Assembly (NCBI RefSeq): GCF_006345805.1
Contig: NC_043000.1
Coordinates: forward strand, 142,848,001-142,912,000
Length of the DNA stretch: 64,000 nt
From: Octopus sinensis
Taxonomy: Eukaryota
Reading direction: 5' to 3'
The translations under genes and the position numbers were made by a program. This document shows, piece by piece, positions 63,748 to 64,000 of this stretch. Below the pieces are notes generated by a model. That model did no database searches. It was not told the DNA's origin and saw only the letters and a program-made list of their open reading frames with translations. Each line of letters opens with the position of its first letter. Position 1 is the first letter of the stretch.

Positions 63748-64000
63748 ACTCGGGCTGACCAAAGCTTTGTAAGTGGATTTGGTAGATGGAAACTGAAAGA
63801 AGCTTGTCATATATATATATGTGGGGGGGGGATTTTGGGTGGGGGGGTGCGTGTATGTGTATGTATATATATTTATATATATATGTGTGTTTGTCCCCCC
63901 CAACATTGCTTGACAACTGATGCTGGTGTGCTTATATTCCCGTAACTTAGCGGTTCGGCAAAAGAGACTGATAAAGGATAAGTCATGGGGTTGATTTGCT
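63748..64000 (+). mobile_element. SINE family A, partial, running off the window
   Basis: Central domain, microsatellite and start of tail. Confidence 0.8.

Overview
AT-rich, repeat-saturated eukaryotic genomic DNA. It is most likely Octopus or another coleoid cephalopod, inferred from the SINE families and microsatellite load. It appears intronic or intergenic: I could not identify any intact protein-coding gene, and nearly all ORFs in the supplied track are microsatellite or repeat artefacts. Recognisable content: a broken DD37D (maT-type) Tc1/mariner transposase; decayed RTE, R4/Dong and CR1/L2-group LINE pieces; many tRNA-head SINEs of about four families; non-autonomous Helitrons; a piggyBac-type MITE; other TIR/foldback elements; and long (TA)n, (CA)n, (ATC)n, (AAT)n and (GATA)n tracts. 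The most interesting signal is a dispersed set of minimal type-I hammerhead-ribozyme-like motifs with a short palindromic stem III, as known for Penelope-like-element ribozymes. One has a canonical core and GUC site (46261-46344). One sits in the spacer of an ~87-bp inverted repeat (30896-30964). A mirrored pair inside a 305-bp palindrome (51688-51992) has the core GUGAACA, a G3:C8 compensatory swap of the canonical C3:G8 pair. All folds were parsed by eye and are untested. Repeat boundaries are approximate.
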